Shown piece after piece: positions 10,971-21,969 of a DNA stretch of 34,467 bases. Source of the stretch: Planctomycetota bacterium (GTDB taxonomy: Bacteria; Planctomycetota; SZUA-567; H5-PLA8); NCBI GenBank assembly GCA_045863855.1, contig BTVV01000062.1:1-34467 (forward strand), given 5' to 3'. Within the stretch, counting starts at the first letter, position 1; every line of letters begins with the position of its first letter. The notes beneath the pieces are model-generated. The model was not told the DNA's origin. It saw only the letters and a program-made list of their open reading frames with translations, and did not search any database. Made by a program: the position numbers and the translations under genes.

Positions 10971-11008
10971 ACGTTCTTCGATGGCGCCGCCAGCAACGGC
11001 GGAACGTA

Positions 11009-12400
<1,392 letters not shown>

Positions 12401-12468
12401 CTAAAACAGCGCGTCCCGGCCTTTTCGGGACCGGGACGCGGGAACGCCGTAATCGCTTCCGCGAACGC

Positions 12469-14709
12469 TCAGGGCGTGTTCTGATACGAAGTATTGTTCG
12501 GACGCAACACCGCGCCCTCTTCGCCAAAGGCGTCGAAGCCGCTGGTCACCGGAACGTCGCCCGCGGCCGTCGGCCGATTGATGATGACCGAGAACGGGAA
12601 CGCAACATCGGCGCCGCCCGAAGTCGCCAGCGGGATGCCCGACTTGGGCGACCCGTCCGGACCAGCCACCGGATAAGTCGAGACCGAACCGCTGTAGTTC
12701 TTGTCGCTCAGCGAGAAGCTCTGCACACCCGCGCGCAGGAAACGGTCCGTGCAGCGCAGCGTCGGCAGGATGCTGGGGCCCGCCGGCTTGCAGATCATCG
12801 TTTCGAAGAGCGGATTACCGGTGCCCCACGTCGACTGCCACGTGCCGATGCGCACCGCCACGCTTTGAACCGCATTCAAGCCCGGCGTATTGGTGGCGGT
12901 CGTGATATTGGTCGAATCGGGCAGCAGGACGCCGTCGGGCACCAGCAGCGCGGCCGGATCGTCGATCAGCACCCGCGGAGACATGAGGAAGCTGACCTTC
13001 CACTTATGGCCCGGCGCAAAGCTCACGTCCTTGCCCGGCTGTCCGCCCACGGTCAGCGGCAGGAAAACTCCGCCCAGCGTACGATTGAACGGAATCGGCA
13101 CGCCAGCGGCCAAGCCGGGGTTGCCGTACTTGTATTGCAGCAGCGTGTTCAAGCCCACCGCGCGAATCTGCATCTCCAGACATTCGCCGGCCTGCCACAA
13201 GTTGCCCACGCCCACGCCGAACGGAATGCGCTTGCGATTGTCCGGGTTCACCGTCAACGCGCCGTCCTGGAAATTGAGCGTCGTCTTCGAAATCGAACCG
13301 CGGATGCTCCCAACCTTCGTGTTGATCTCCACGGCGATCGTGGTGCCTTGGTTAAGGCCATCGCTTACGTAAACCGTTTTCGCCGAGTTGCCGTTCAGCT
13401 CGATCGGGAAGGTCCAGTGGAACGATCCGAAGCGAATGTGCAGGTTCTGCTGGTTGCGCAGAGCCAACTCGAACTGACCGTTCTGATTGAAGCGGCCTTG
13501 GAACGTCAGCGAATCCTTGCCCGGGAACGCGCCGTTGGACGTGCGCACCTGAAGGCGCTGAATCACCAAGTCCGTCGCCGTCTGGCCCAAGCTCGCCGAT
13601 TCGGTCGGCAGCCCGTTCCGGTTGTTCGCCGCGACGCTGAAGCCCACGCGCACCACGCGGTCCGTGGGGTCCGGATTCAAGGGTGAATCGTTGCGGTACT
13701 TGTTGGCGCCACCGCTAAGCACTTTACCGTCAAACACCAGCGTATCGATCACGTACCAGCCGCTGAAGAGCGGCACGCCGTGAATCCAGCCGTCGTAGGA
13801 CATCGAAAGCCCGGCTTCTTCCAGCGTATCGAAGGCCGCGATCTCCGCGCCATCCGGAGCATCGTAAATGCGCAGCACCGGGTCGTCCGTCACCAGTTTG
13901 GTCGTGAACGGATGGTTGCCGTTGTCGGGCAGGAACGTGACTTGGCCGTCGATGGGCCGGTCGCGCAAGGGGTCCGCAAACGGGGCATCCAGGTTCGGAT
14001 CGCCCGAGATCGTAACGACTTCGTTGATCGTCTCCAGCTTCTCGGCGTACGAAAGCCCCACTTCGCCGCTGGAAATCAGGTGCAAGACATCGGGGTTCAC
14101 GCCGGTCGGATCCAATCGGCGCATCGAAGTCAAAAGGTCCAAGTTAATCGGGTTGGCCAAGCGGAAGCCGCGCGCGCCCGGAGTGCTGGTGTAAATGAAA
14201 AAGTCGCCCGTGATAGGAGCTACACCCGTGACGTCGGCCACCGTGCCCGTGAAAGCCAGGATGCCCGTGATGCCGGGCAGGTTGGGATCCGGGGGAAACG
14301 GAAGCACATCAACCTGACTGACCACCGTCCCGCGCAGCACACCCGAACGATCCAACAGCGCGCCGGAGGCGCTCCCCGGAGCGAACGCCGGACCGCCGCT
14401 AAACGTGTACGGCTTCAGCCCACCGCCCGCCGTCAGTACTTTTTCGAATTCTTCCGTGAGGACCAGTTCGCCCAAGTCGTAGTCGTCACCGTTCTCGCTC
14501 GCCTCATCCAGCACGATCACGTTGTTGAAGTTAAGCCGGCCGTTCTGGCTGCCCACGCTGCCCACACCCGGCGTACTGGGAATGGGCAAAATGACCTGGC
14601 GCTGCGTAACCCCGGCGTTGCCCGCAACGTACGTAAAGCCCAGCGCCGCCAGCACCGCGCCAAGTCCCAGCGCACGCCAGCTCGCAAATCCCTTCAGCTT
14701 GGCTCGCAT
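12469..14709 (-). CDS. Large exported beta-rich protein with putative Ig (He_PIG-like) repeats
   Basis: Signal-peptide-like MRAKLKGFASWRALGLGAVLAALGFTYVAGNAG. Repeat-like segments LTAGGGLKPYTFS...SGVLRGT and GLSMSYDGWIHGVPLFSGWY. Gly/Thr/Pro/Asn-rich. Start at ATG 14709. Confidence 0.65.
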   Translation of the reverse strand: MRAKLKGFASWRALGLGAVLAALGFTYVAGNAGVTQRQVILPIPSTPGVGSVGSQNGRLNFNNVIVLDEASENGDDYDLGELVLTEEFEKVLTAGGGLKPYTFSGGPAFAPGSASGALLDRSGVLRGTVVSQVDVLPFPPDPNLPGITGILAFTGTVADVTGVAPITGDFFIYTSTPGARGFRLANPINLDLLTSMRRLDPTGVNPDVLHLISSGEVGLSYAEKLETINEVVTISGDPNLDAPFADPLRDRPIDGQVTFLPDNGNHPFTTKLVTDDPVLRIYDAPDGAEIAAFDTLEEAGLSMSYDGWIHGVPLFSGWYVIDTLVFDGKVLSGGANKYRNDSPLNPDPTDRVVRVGFSVAANNRNGLPTESASLGQTATDLVIQRLQVRTSNGAFPGKDSLTFQGRFNQNGQFELALRNQQNLHIRFGSFHWTFPIELNGNSAKTVYVSDGLNQGTTIAVEINTKVGSIRGSISKTTLNFQDGALTVNPDNRKRIPFGVGVGNLWQAGECLEMQIRAVGLNTLLQYKYGNPGLAAGVPIPFNRTLGGVFLPLTVGGQPGKDVSFAPGHKWKVSFLMSPRVLIDDPAALLVPDGVLLPDSTNITTATNTPGLNAVQSVAVRIGTWQSTWGTGNPLFETMICKPAGPSILPTLRCTDRFLRAGVQSFSLSDKNYSGSVSTYPVAGPDGSPKSGIPLATSGGADVAFPFSVIINRPTAAGDVPVTSGFDAFGEEGAVLRPNNTSYQNTP

Positions 14710-15058
14710 CGTTACACGCCACCTCTTCCATTCGGTGCCAAAACTCGAACCCGGCACGCGACCGCGCCGGCCCCCAACACGTACACGCATGCCCAATACG
14801 CCCGGCTGCGCGGCGAACTCAACCTGAAGGTTGGATGAAGCTACCTTTCAATCTATGAGCCCGCGCCCTTCAGGCAAGTCTAAAAAAGTGCTCAAACCTC
14901 AACCAGTGGAAGCACTTAACAAGGTGCTTGACCGCCCGGTGGAAACCTCCGCAACGCACCATGTTCCTTGCGGACGCCGCGCCACCACGCGATCACGGAT
15001 TCCGACGCAGCTCCCGCCGGCTTCTCAGTTTAGAATTTGGACGGTTAGGGCGTTTTCT

Positions 15059-16201
15059 TCAAAAATCGGCCTGGTTACCGCGCACCACATACAACACTTC
15101 CCTAAAATCGCTCGCCGGCTGATCCTTTTTGGGACGGATCTCGATCCGAATCCGATAGTCTCCGGCGCGAGCCGGCGTCCAGGTGCGCATCCCCGCCAAA
15201 CTCCAGATCTGCCCCGTCTGCGTGTCCGGCAGCCAGGTAAACCCGGTCGCCTGCTCCACTCCCTGCAAATCCTGGATCCCGATCCGCACCTCGGGCTCGT
15301 CGGTGGTCGAATTTAAGATGCCGACGAGGTTTACCGCCATACCCGCCGCGGCTTGGGGCGGATCGAGCTGGAATTCGTCGATCACCGCCGCACCGGCCAC
15401 CAGCGGAGCGGCCAGGAGCTTCGAAGCTTCGGCGGCTTTCATGCCCTGTCGGCGAACCTCTACCTTAAAAAGGTAGCTTCCGCCCTCCGCGAACTCGTAC
15501 GTGGCGTTGCCCCATTCGGACCATTCCACGCCGTCCGTATCGTTGAGGATCACTTGTCCGTTCACCGAGAAGCGGTATTCGTACGTGACCGGCGAAATCG
15601 GCTCGGCCATCGTCGCTTCTAGAAACACGGTATCGCCGATCAGGCAGCGGTCGGTGAAAAGGTCCGGGACCACCTCGAAACCGACGATCTCCAGCACCTT
15701 GACGGCCACTTCCTTCTCGAGCGGCTCCGCCGTCTGGCCGCTCGCTTCATCGCGCGCTTCGACTTTGAAATGATGCGGAATCGCTTCGGTGAACTCGACG
15801 ATCCGCTTCGACCGCGCGGACCACTCGGCGCCCTCGTCCAGCAGCGGCTTCCCGTTGCAGCTCCAGCGGAAGCGGTCGACGCCCGCGGCCTCGACGTCCA
15901 ACTCGACCATATGGCCGATCACGAAAGGAGCCACTTGCCCGCTTGGCGCGAAGAGCCCGCCCTGCGCCACCTCGCCTAACAGTTTGACCAGCCTCGGTCC
16001 GGTAGGCGCGGGGGCTTCCGGGGTCTGACCGTGAGAACCCTGCGCAGGGCTCGGCCGAACGGACGTTCCTGGCTGCGCACCCTCGATTGGATCCCCGTCC
16101 GGCGGCGTTTCGTTCCATAGCGCCAGGCCCACGCCGGCGGCGACGATCAGCGCGCCCAGCGCCAGCACCCACCCATCGCGCCGCGAACGTCCCGATCCCA
16201 T
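15059..16201 (-). CDS. Membrane-anchored hypothetical protein with about three Ig-like (Y_Y_Y/triple-tyrosine-like) beta-sandwich repeats
   Basis: N-terminal TM helix (WVLALGALIVAAGVGLALW) and a Pro-rich linker. Repeats end HHFKVEAR, SYLFKVEVR and DYRIRIEIR, each preceded by a WS-containing segment. Confidence 0.62.
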   Translation of the reverse strand: MGSGRSRRDGWVLALGALIVAAGVGLALWNETPPDGDPIEGAQPGTSVRPSPAQGSHGQTPEAPAPTGPRLVKLLGEVAQGGLFAPSGQVAPFVIGHMVELDVEAAGVDRFRWSCNGKPLLDEGAEWSARSKRIVEFTEAIPHHFKVEARDEASGQTAEPLEKEVAVKVLEIVGFEVVPDLFTDRCLIGDTVFLEATMAEPISPVTYEYRFSVNGQVILNDTDGVEWSEWGNATYEFAEGGSYLFKVEVRRQGMKAAEASKLLAAPLVAGAAVIDEFQLDPPQAAAGMAVNLVGILNSTTDEPEVRIGIQDLQGVEQATGFTWLPDTQTGQIWSLAGMRTWTPARAGDYRIRIEIRPKKDQPASDFREVLYVVRGNQADF

Positions 16202-16338
16202 ACCTGCGCTCCAGGCCCTGCTCTCGAATGGATCGAATACCGTGCACCAAACCGCCCGCATCCGGCATCGGTCACGGCTACAACTTCCGCCACGGGCAGA
16301 CCTTCGTCAAGCCTGTGCCCGGCAAGACCTTGGCACTT

Positions 16339-17319
16339 TCAGCCCGGTAGCGCTTGCAGATGCTTTTGCGCCACGGCTTGGGCCGCGCGTGCGCGGTTCA
16401 GGCATTCCCGCGCCGCACGCCGGCGGCCGGCGTCTTCCAGCGACTGCGGCTCGCGCAACGGAAAGAGCTTCGCCAACTCCTCCAGCGCTTGCCCTTGAGC
16501 TTCCAAGCGCTCTGCCGCGCTCTCCAAGGCATCCTTCGCTTCGGTCCAACTCTGCGCCGACCGGCGCAAAAAGGCCGCCGCCTGCCCGCGCGCTTCCATA
16601 TAGTAAGCCGCCGTGTACGCCGCGCCCCACGGCGGGATGACGCGCCGCACATCCAACGCCTCCGCCCACGCTTCGAACGCATCCAACCCCAGCGCCAGGT
16701 CGGGCGGCGGTGCGGCCGCTTCGGCCGACTCTTCGGGTTCGCGCCCGGCCAGGAGTCCCGCCGCTTCGCCCAATACCACGCGCGCCGCCTGCTTGCGGTC
16801 GTACCCCGGCAACGGACCCGTCGGAATCAGGACGAAGACGCGCGGCGGATCCTGAATGCCTAAATCGTTGAAATGCACGGGCTCATCGAGGTGCCCGTCG
16901 AAGCGCGTGCTGACAAGGTAGCGCTGCCCGCTTTCGTCCAGCCCGTGGATAATCCCAAAGGCCGGCCCGTGCAGCCCGTAGGCGATCGCCGGAAGCCCTT
17001 GCTCCAGATGCAGTCCGATGTTGCGCCGCCAGCCGCTGCGCAGGTAGCTGATATCGTCTTCGGTGTAGAAGAAGTCGCGCAAGCCGGCCATGGCCCCATA
17101 GCCCAGCCGCTCCATGACTTTCGTGTACGTACGGTCCCATTGGCGCGGAAAAAGTCCGTCCGGCGCCAGCGTGCGATGCACCTGCGTCCGGAACGCCAAC
17201 CCCGAATGCCCCCAGACCTCATCGGGCTCGAACTCCTCCCCCAGCGCGCGCAAGACGCCCAGCGCCGCGCCCACGAAGCTGTCCATCGAAGGCTCGAACT
17301 TCACCGCTTCCAACGCCAC
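16339..17319 (-). CDS. Hypothetical protein, possibly BtrH N-terminal-like
   Basis: Plausible protein composition, GTG start after AAAGGA. Segments SFVGAALGVL...VWGHSGLAF...GLPAIAYGL...FGIIHGLD. The family assignment is weak. Confidence 0.6.
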   Translation of the reverse strand: MALEAVKFEPSMDSFVGAALGVLRALGEEFEPDEVWGHSGLAFRTQVHRTLAPDGLFPRQWDRTYTKVMERLGYGAMAGLRDFFYTEDDISYLRSGWRRNIGLHLEQGLPAIAYGLHGPAFGIIHGLDESGQRYLVSTRFDGHLDEPVHFNDLGIQDPPRVFVLIPTGPLPGYDRKQAARVVLGEAAGLLAGREPEESAEAAAPPPDLALGLDAFEAWAEALDVRRVIPPWGAAYTAAYYMEARGQAAAFLRRSAQSWTEAKDALESAAERLEAQGQALEELAKLFPLREPQSLEDAGRRRAARECLNRARAAQAVAQKHLQALPG

Positions 17320-17426
17320 AGCGCATCCTTTCGCCGCGCCCGCTTTCGATCAAAGGGAGGTTTCCGCCGGGCGCGCCGCGATTATACTTCATGCGGTACT
17401 AAACGAGCTATCCAGGGGAACGCCGC

Positions 17427-17618
17427 GTGACGCTACGCTATTTCGCCGGCAAAGTGCTCGAACTCGCCGGCATGATCCTGGTCGCCTGGGCGCTGCTGGC
17501 CGGCACCGGCGTCACGCCCTCCGGCGAGCCCAACGTGGCGCACGAATATCTGTTCCTGGGCATCGGAAGCGCCGTCTTCACCATCGGCTGGATGCTCGAA
17601 CGCGGGGCGCGGAAGTAG
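17427..17618 (+). CDS. Small two-TM membrane protein
   Basis: 63 aa with two hydrophobic segments. GTG start after AGGGG. Confidence 0.6.
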   Translation: MTLRYFAGKVLELAGMILVAWALLAGTGVTPSGEPNVAHEYLFLGIGSAVFTIGWMLERGARK

Positions 17619-17646
17619 CAATGGCTTTTCGAATGGAGTACCTGCT

Positions 17647-17859
17647 ATGTCCAGGCAGCCCGAAGACCGCCCGCGAAAACGCAGGAGTAGGATTCCGCGG
17701 CCCGTGGAAAACGAACCCGAAAACCTCAAGCTGTTGCGCGGTATCCATCGTGAATTTAGAACGGAAGATCAGTCCATCGTAGCGAAGGTTTGCTCGGCGG
17801 TGGTGATCGCGGTGGTGGTTGCCATCGTTCTCTTTCTTAAGTTTGGCGGGCGGCTGTAG
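17647..17859 (+). CDS. Small protein with a C-terminal TM helix
   Basis: 70 aa, basic N-terminus, TM segment VCSAVVIAVVVAIVLFL. RBS GGAG upstream. Confidence 0.55.
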   Translation: MSRQPEDRPRKRRSRIPRPVENEPENLKLLRGIHREFRTEDQSIVAKVCSAVVIAVVVAIVLFLKFGGRL

Positions 17860-17889
17860 CCGGCCTGCCAGACGGCTGCCACCGATCGC

Positions 17890-18885
17890 TCAAGGCTGCT
17901 TCACCGGCTCGGCCTGAGGTTCGAAGACCACCTCGCCGCCGTTCCCCTGCGTATCGCTCACCTTGAGCTGCAACCACCAGCCCGTGGGCGTACGCTTGGC
18001 CACCAGCATGGGCTCGCGCTTATCGGCTCCGTACTCCTTAAGATCCGATTCGATCGCGCGCCAAGTCAGCGCCAGCACGTAACTCTCTTCACCCGCCTTC
18101 AGCGCATGAACGGGGAAGGTAAAGGACTGCTTCACCGCCCGGCCGTTAACCTGCTGCAGCCAGGTCACTTCGCCGGCCTCGATGGCCAGCGTCCCCGCCG
18201 CACGCGCGGCTTCGGCGGGCTTGCCGACCGGGAGCACCTTCTTGGAGAGTTCCGCATAGGTGCCGTTCAGGGTTTCGGCAACCTGAATCTTCGCGGCGAG
18301 GTACTCGGCGCGGGCCTGGAGTTCCACCGGAGCGGCAATCTCCTTGAGCAGCGCCTGCGCGCGCCGTCCAAAGCCTTGCTCCGCCAAGTGATGCGCGTAT
18401 TCGAAGCGCAAAGCGCCATACGCCGGAGCGATCGCAAAGGCTTCGGCCATGAAGCGATCGGCCAGCACGGCGTCGCGGTCCTGGATCGCGAGCTGCGCCA
18501 TGCGGTATTTCTTGCGCGCTTCTTCGCCTGGAACGGTATCGGTGAGTTCACCCAGATCGAGCGGCTGCCCCAGCGCCTCGGCCAGCAGCGCCAGGCGGCC
18601 CTCTTCGGCAGTCGGAGGCGCGTGATCCCGAGCGGCTTTCAGATTGGCCAAAACGCGCTGCGCTTCAGGATTCCCGGGTTCCAACTGCAGCGCCTTTTCG
18701 TACAGCAACCGGGCCTCCGCCAGATTTCCGGCCTGCATGCGCTGGCGCGCGGTCTGGAGCAGTTCCCGAACTGCCGCGGAGACGGTATCGCCGCCTTCAC
18801 CCTGCGCGCGAGTCGATTGCGTGAAACTCAAACCGCCGCACAGCGCGAAAACCAGCGCCCAGCGCCACTTGGATTGCGTTCGCAT
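17890..18885 (-). CDS. Exported tetratricopeptide-repeat (TPR) protein
   Basis: Signal peptide MRTQSKWRWALVFALCGGLSFTQSTRA. TPR segment GNLAEARLLYEKALQLEPGNPEA. Start at ATG 18885 after GGAGG. Confidence 0.72.
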   Translation of the reverse strand: MRTQSKWRWALVFALCGGLSFTQSTRAQGEGGDTVSAAVRELLQTARQRMQAGNLAEARLLYEKALQLEPGNPEAQRVLANLKAARDHAPPTAEEGRLALLAEALGQPLDLGELTDTVPGEEARKKYRMAQLAIQDRDAVLADRFMAEAFAIAPAYGALRFEYAHHLAEQGFGRRAQALLKEIAAPVELQARAEYLAAKIQVAETLNGTYAELSKKVLPVGKPAEAARAAGTLAIEAGEVTWLQQVNGRAVKQSFTFPVHALKAGEESYVLALTWRAIESDLKEYGADKREPMLVAKRTPTGWWLQLKVSDTQGNGGEVVFEPQAEPVKQP

Positions 18886-19020
18886 AAAGGCCTCCCGGCG
18901 TTTCCGATTCCTGAAATCAAGATACGCGGACATGCTACCCGCATCGTCCGGCCCCGCGACTGCCGCTTGGAATGACCGGCCGGATCGAATACGTCTGAGC
19001 GAGAAACCGGAGACTCGACC

Positions 19021-19605
19021 ATGTCCGCCGCCGCCGATGCCCGTCCCAGCCGCCCGCGCCGCTACGATTTCGCGCCGCCCGCCGGATTCGCAAACCGCGA
19101 TGCCGGCCTCGCCGTTTCGGCCTTGGACGAAGCCAGCCTGCGCCTCTTCGATATGTTCGAGGACTTGCCGCAGGAGAGCCTTCACTTCGTGCCGCCCGAA
19201 GGCACCAATTCCATCGCCATGCTGGCCCTGCACTTGGCCTTCGGCGAAGCGTACTGGATCGCCCGGGGAACCGGTACGGCAGTGCCGGACGAGCTGGCCG
19301 CGGCGCTGCGCCCCGGCGGGCAGGACGGCAGCGGCGAACTCCCCAACAGCCGCCGCACCCCCGCCGAGCTAATCGAACTCTGCCGCCGCGTGCGCGAAAC
19401 CTTCACCAAACCCCTCGTCGCGCCACTGGCCGATATCGATATCGAACGCCCCAGCGACAAGCTGCCCCTGACCGTGCGCGGCGTGCTATACCATCAGCTC
19501 TGGCATTGGACCTACCACAGCGGCCAGGTGGGACTGCTGAGGCGCCTCAGCGGCCCGCGCATGAAGTGGGTTTTTGCGCAAAAACTTACCGGTGGACCGA
19601 AGTAG
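19021..19605 (+). CDS. DinB/DUF664 family protein
   Basis: NSIAMLALHLAFGEAYWI and VLYHQLWHWTYHSGQV carry the His-triad pattern. RBS GGAG. Confidence 0.85.
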   Translation: MSAAADARPSRPRRYDFAPPAGFANRDAGLAVSALDEASLRLFDMFEDLPQESLHFVPPEGTNSIAMLALHLAFGEAYWIARGTGTAVPDELAAALRPGGQDGSGELPNSRRTPAELIELCRRVRETFTKPLVAPLADIDIERPSDKLPLTVRGVLYHQLWHWTYHSGQVGLLRRLSGPRMKWVFAQKLTGGPK

Positions 19606-19653
19606 CTCTCTTTACGTAGCCCCGCGGCGCGGCATAATCCGGCTGCTTAGCGA

Positions 19654-20382
19654 GTGCATCGAGAACAGGAACGCGTGGAAAAAAGCGTGGGCTTCTATCC
19701 GAACGGAATGCCCCATCCGACAGGAGCGGTTCGACGCCGCCTCGCGTTGGAACTCTTGCTCCTGTGCGGGCTCACCGGAGCATACTTGCTGCTCGTGCCG
19801 CACCGCGCCATCGGCGTCGACATCGGCATGGCGCTCGTGGGCCTGGGCCTGATCGGGCTCTACGCACGCAAGGCCAACGAAGAAATCTGGGGCCCGCCCG
19901 CGCAGCCGGCCTTCGAGCGCATTCCGCGCTGCACCTTCCTGATGCTCGTCACCACCATTCCCGCCGTCGTCGTCTTCCTGCTCTACGGTGCTTGGGACGC
20001 CTACCGGGAAAACGGGACGTTGTACGCGGTGGCGTGGCGGCTCTTCCGGTTGAACTTCTGGGTCACGCTGCTGCTGTACGTGCCTTGGGCGCTCCTGCAG
20101 CAGAACCTCTTTCAGTTTTACCTGCTGGGTCGATTGAGGGCGCTCCTGCCGTTCGCCTCGCCCTTCACGCTGGCCCTGATCAACGGCATCCTCTACGGTG
20201 CGGTCCACCTGCCCAACTGGCCGGTGGCGATGGTCACCATGATCGGCGGGGTCGTCTGGAGCTACAGCTACCACCGCGACCGCTACGTGCTGCCCATCGC
20301 GCTCTCGCATGCGGTCCTGGGCTCGACCTTCTTCTATTGGGTTTGGGACAGCGACCTGCTGGCGCGCATCATCCGCCTATAG
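19654..20382 (+). CDS. CPBP (Abi/CAAX protease) family intramembrane protein with a degenerate EE motif
   Basis: Multi-TM protein. LLQQNLFQ in place of EExxxR, YGAVHL and PIALSHAVLG. Start uncertain (GTG 19654 or ATG 19708). Confidence 0.75.
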   Translation: MHREQERVEKSVGFYPNGMPHPTGAVRRRLALELLLLCGLTGAYLLLVPHRAIGVDIGMALVGLGLIGLYARKANEEIWGPPAQPAFERIPRCTFLMLVTTIPAVVVFLLYGAWDAYRENGTLYAVAWRLFRLNFWVTLLLYVPWALLQQNLFQFYLLGRLRALLPFASPFTLALINGILYGAVHLPNWPVAMVTMIGGVVWSYSYHRDRYVLPIALSHAVLGSTFFYWVWDSDLLARIIRL

Positions 20383-21456
20383 ACGAACCTCCGCACCGCT
20401 CTGCGCCGAACGGTACGCCGCTTCCAGCACCCGCATCAGCGCCACGCCTTGCGTGCCGTGCTCGAAATGCGCTTCATCGGCCTCGATCGCCCGCGCAAAG
20501 GCCGCCCAAGAGCGCTCATACAGTCCGGCCGTACCCGCCTCGGGCGCATCGGGATGCAAGACGGTGTCCGTCACCGCTCCGCCAGCCTCGCCGTACAGCG
20601 CCACCGGCTTCCCGAACGCTAGGCGCAGGCCCGCGCGGTCGCCCAACAGTTCCGTCGAGAACGGTTCTTCCGGGCGGTTGAGCGCGAAGCTGCACTCCAG
20701 CGTCAGACTCACGCCCCCGGCCAGGCGCAAGAGGCAGACGGCCAGGTCTTCGACGTCGCAGACGCCGGTCATTCCGCTTTTGCGCCCCGTGGGCAGTTCG
20801 TGCGCGACGGCGCTCCCCGCCAGCCGCGCGTGCGTCACGGCGCTTACCGCCTCTACCGCCGGATAGCCCAGCAGCCACAGCGCGCGGTCGAGCACGTGGC
20901 TGCCCAGATCCGCCAAGACACCGCCGCCCGAAAGCGCGCGCGTCGTGAACCAGCTTCCAACCGTCGGATAGCCGCGCCGCCGGAACCATTGCGCGCGGAC
21001 GTGGTACACCGACCCCAGCCTGCCGGCCTCCAGCGCCTCTTGCGCCAGGCGCGATTCGCCGGCCTCGCGGAGCAGAAAGTTGTAGCGCAGCACGCGGCGG
21101 TGCTTGCGCGCGGCCTCGGCCATCCGCGCGGCTTCCGCCGCGTTCATCGCCGGCGGCTTTTCGCAGAGCACATGCTTGCCTGCTTCCAGCGCCGCGACCG
21201 CCTGATCGGCGTGCAGCGCATTGGGACTCGCCACCAGTACCGCATCGATCTCGGGATCGGCGGCCAGTTCCCGCCAGTCGGCATAGCCGCGGTGCACGCC
21301 CGCCGCGAGTTTGGCCTCGGCGAGCTTGTTCGCGTCGCCACGCGCAACGGCGGCGATCCGGAAGCGTTCGCCCTGCGCCCGCAACGCCGGGAGGTGGCGC
21401 TTTTCGGCCACCCCGCCGAATCCCAGCAGCCCGACACGAATCGGATGAGCGGCCAT
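20377..21456 (-). CDS. Gfo/Idh/MocA family oxidoreductase
   Basis: VGLLGFGGVA, ASPNALH, GKHVLCEKP, SGGGVLADLGSHVLD and DVED motifs. Confidence 0.95.
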   Translation of the reverse strand: MAAHPIRVGLLGFGGVAEKRHLPALRAQGERFRIAAVARGDANKLAEAKLAAGVHRGYADWRELAADPEIDAVLVASPNALHADQAVAALEAGKHVLCEKPPAMNAAEAARMAEAARKHRRVLRYNFLLREAGESRLAQEALEAGRLGSVYHVRAQWFRRRGYPTVGSWFTTRALSGGGVLADLGSHVLDRALWLLGYPAVEAVSAVTHARLAGSAVAHELPTGRKSGMTGVCDVEDLAVCLLRLAGGVSLTLECSFALNRPEEPFSTELLGDRAGLRLAFGKPVALYGEAGGAVTDTVLHPDAPEAGTAGLYERSWAAFARAIEADEAHFEHGTQGVALMRVLEAAYRSAQSGAEVRL

Positions 21457-21507
21457 GGCTTTATCCTCCCATCCTTATAGTACCCGCTCAGTCGCGCCGT
21501 TTCCGCA

Positions 21508-21536
21508 TTGACCGTTACGCGCGCGAGGCTCACAAT
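21508..21536 (+). promoter_or_regulatory. Putative sigma70 promoter of the Fur-family gene
   Basis: TTGACC (21508-21513), 17-bp spacer, CACAAT (21531-21536), 28 bp before the GTG start. Confidence 0.45.
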
Positions 21537-21564
21537 GCGCGCTGAACCAGCGGGAACTTCATGC

Positions 21565-21936
21565 GTGGAACGTAAAACCAGGCAACGCGACGCCATCAAG
21601 GAAGTGATGTTGCACACCGTCCGGCCGCTGGGGCCGCAGGAGATCCTCGACGCTGCGGCCGGCTCGGTCCCGAATCTCGGCATCGCCACCGTCTACCGTG
21701 CGATCAAGGAACTCCTGGCCGAAGGCTTTTTGAGCAAAGTCGAGATGCCCGGCGAGCCCGCGCGCTACGAACGCGCCGACCTGAAGCATCACCACCACTT
21801 TCATTGCCGGAGCTGCGGGAAGGTGTACGACATCGCCGGCTGCCCCGGAAACCTCGCCAATGCCGCGCCGAAGGGCTTTAAGGTCGAATCGCACGAGCTG
21901 CTTTTGTTTGGCGTGTGCGACCGGTGCGGGAAGTAG
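21565..21936 (+). CDS. Fur-family transcriptional repressor (Fur/Zur/PerR)
   Basis: TRQRDAI, LGIATVYRAI, HHHHFHCRSCG and C-terminal GVCDRC. Probable GTG start at 21565. Confidence 0.93.
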   Translation: MERKTRQRDAIKEVMLHTVRPLGPQEILDAAAGSVPNLGIATVYRAIKELLAEGFLSKVEMPGEPARYERADLKHHHHFHCRSCGKVYDIAGCPGNLANAAPKGFKVESHELLLFGVCDRCGK

Positions 21937-21969
21937 CGAGCCGGAAGCCCGACTGCGCTCGCGGCCATG

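Noticed and set aside
14880..14935. Short inverted repeats (AAGTGCT...AGCACTT and AAGCAC...GTGCTT) in the long intergenic region
   Set aside because: The 6-7-bp stems could be regulator sites but cannot be told from chance. No ncRNA family was recognised.
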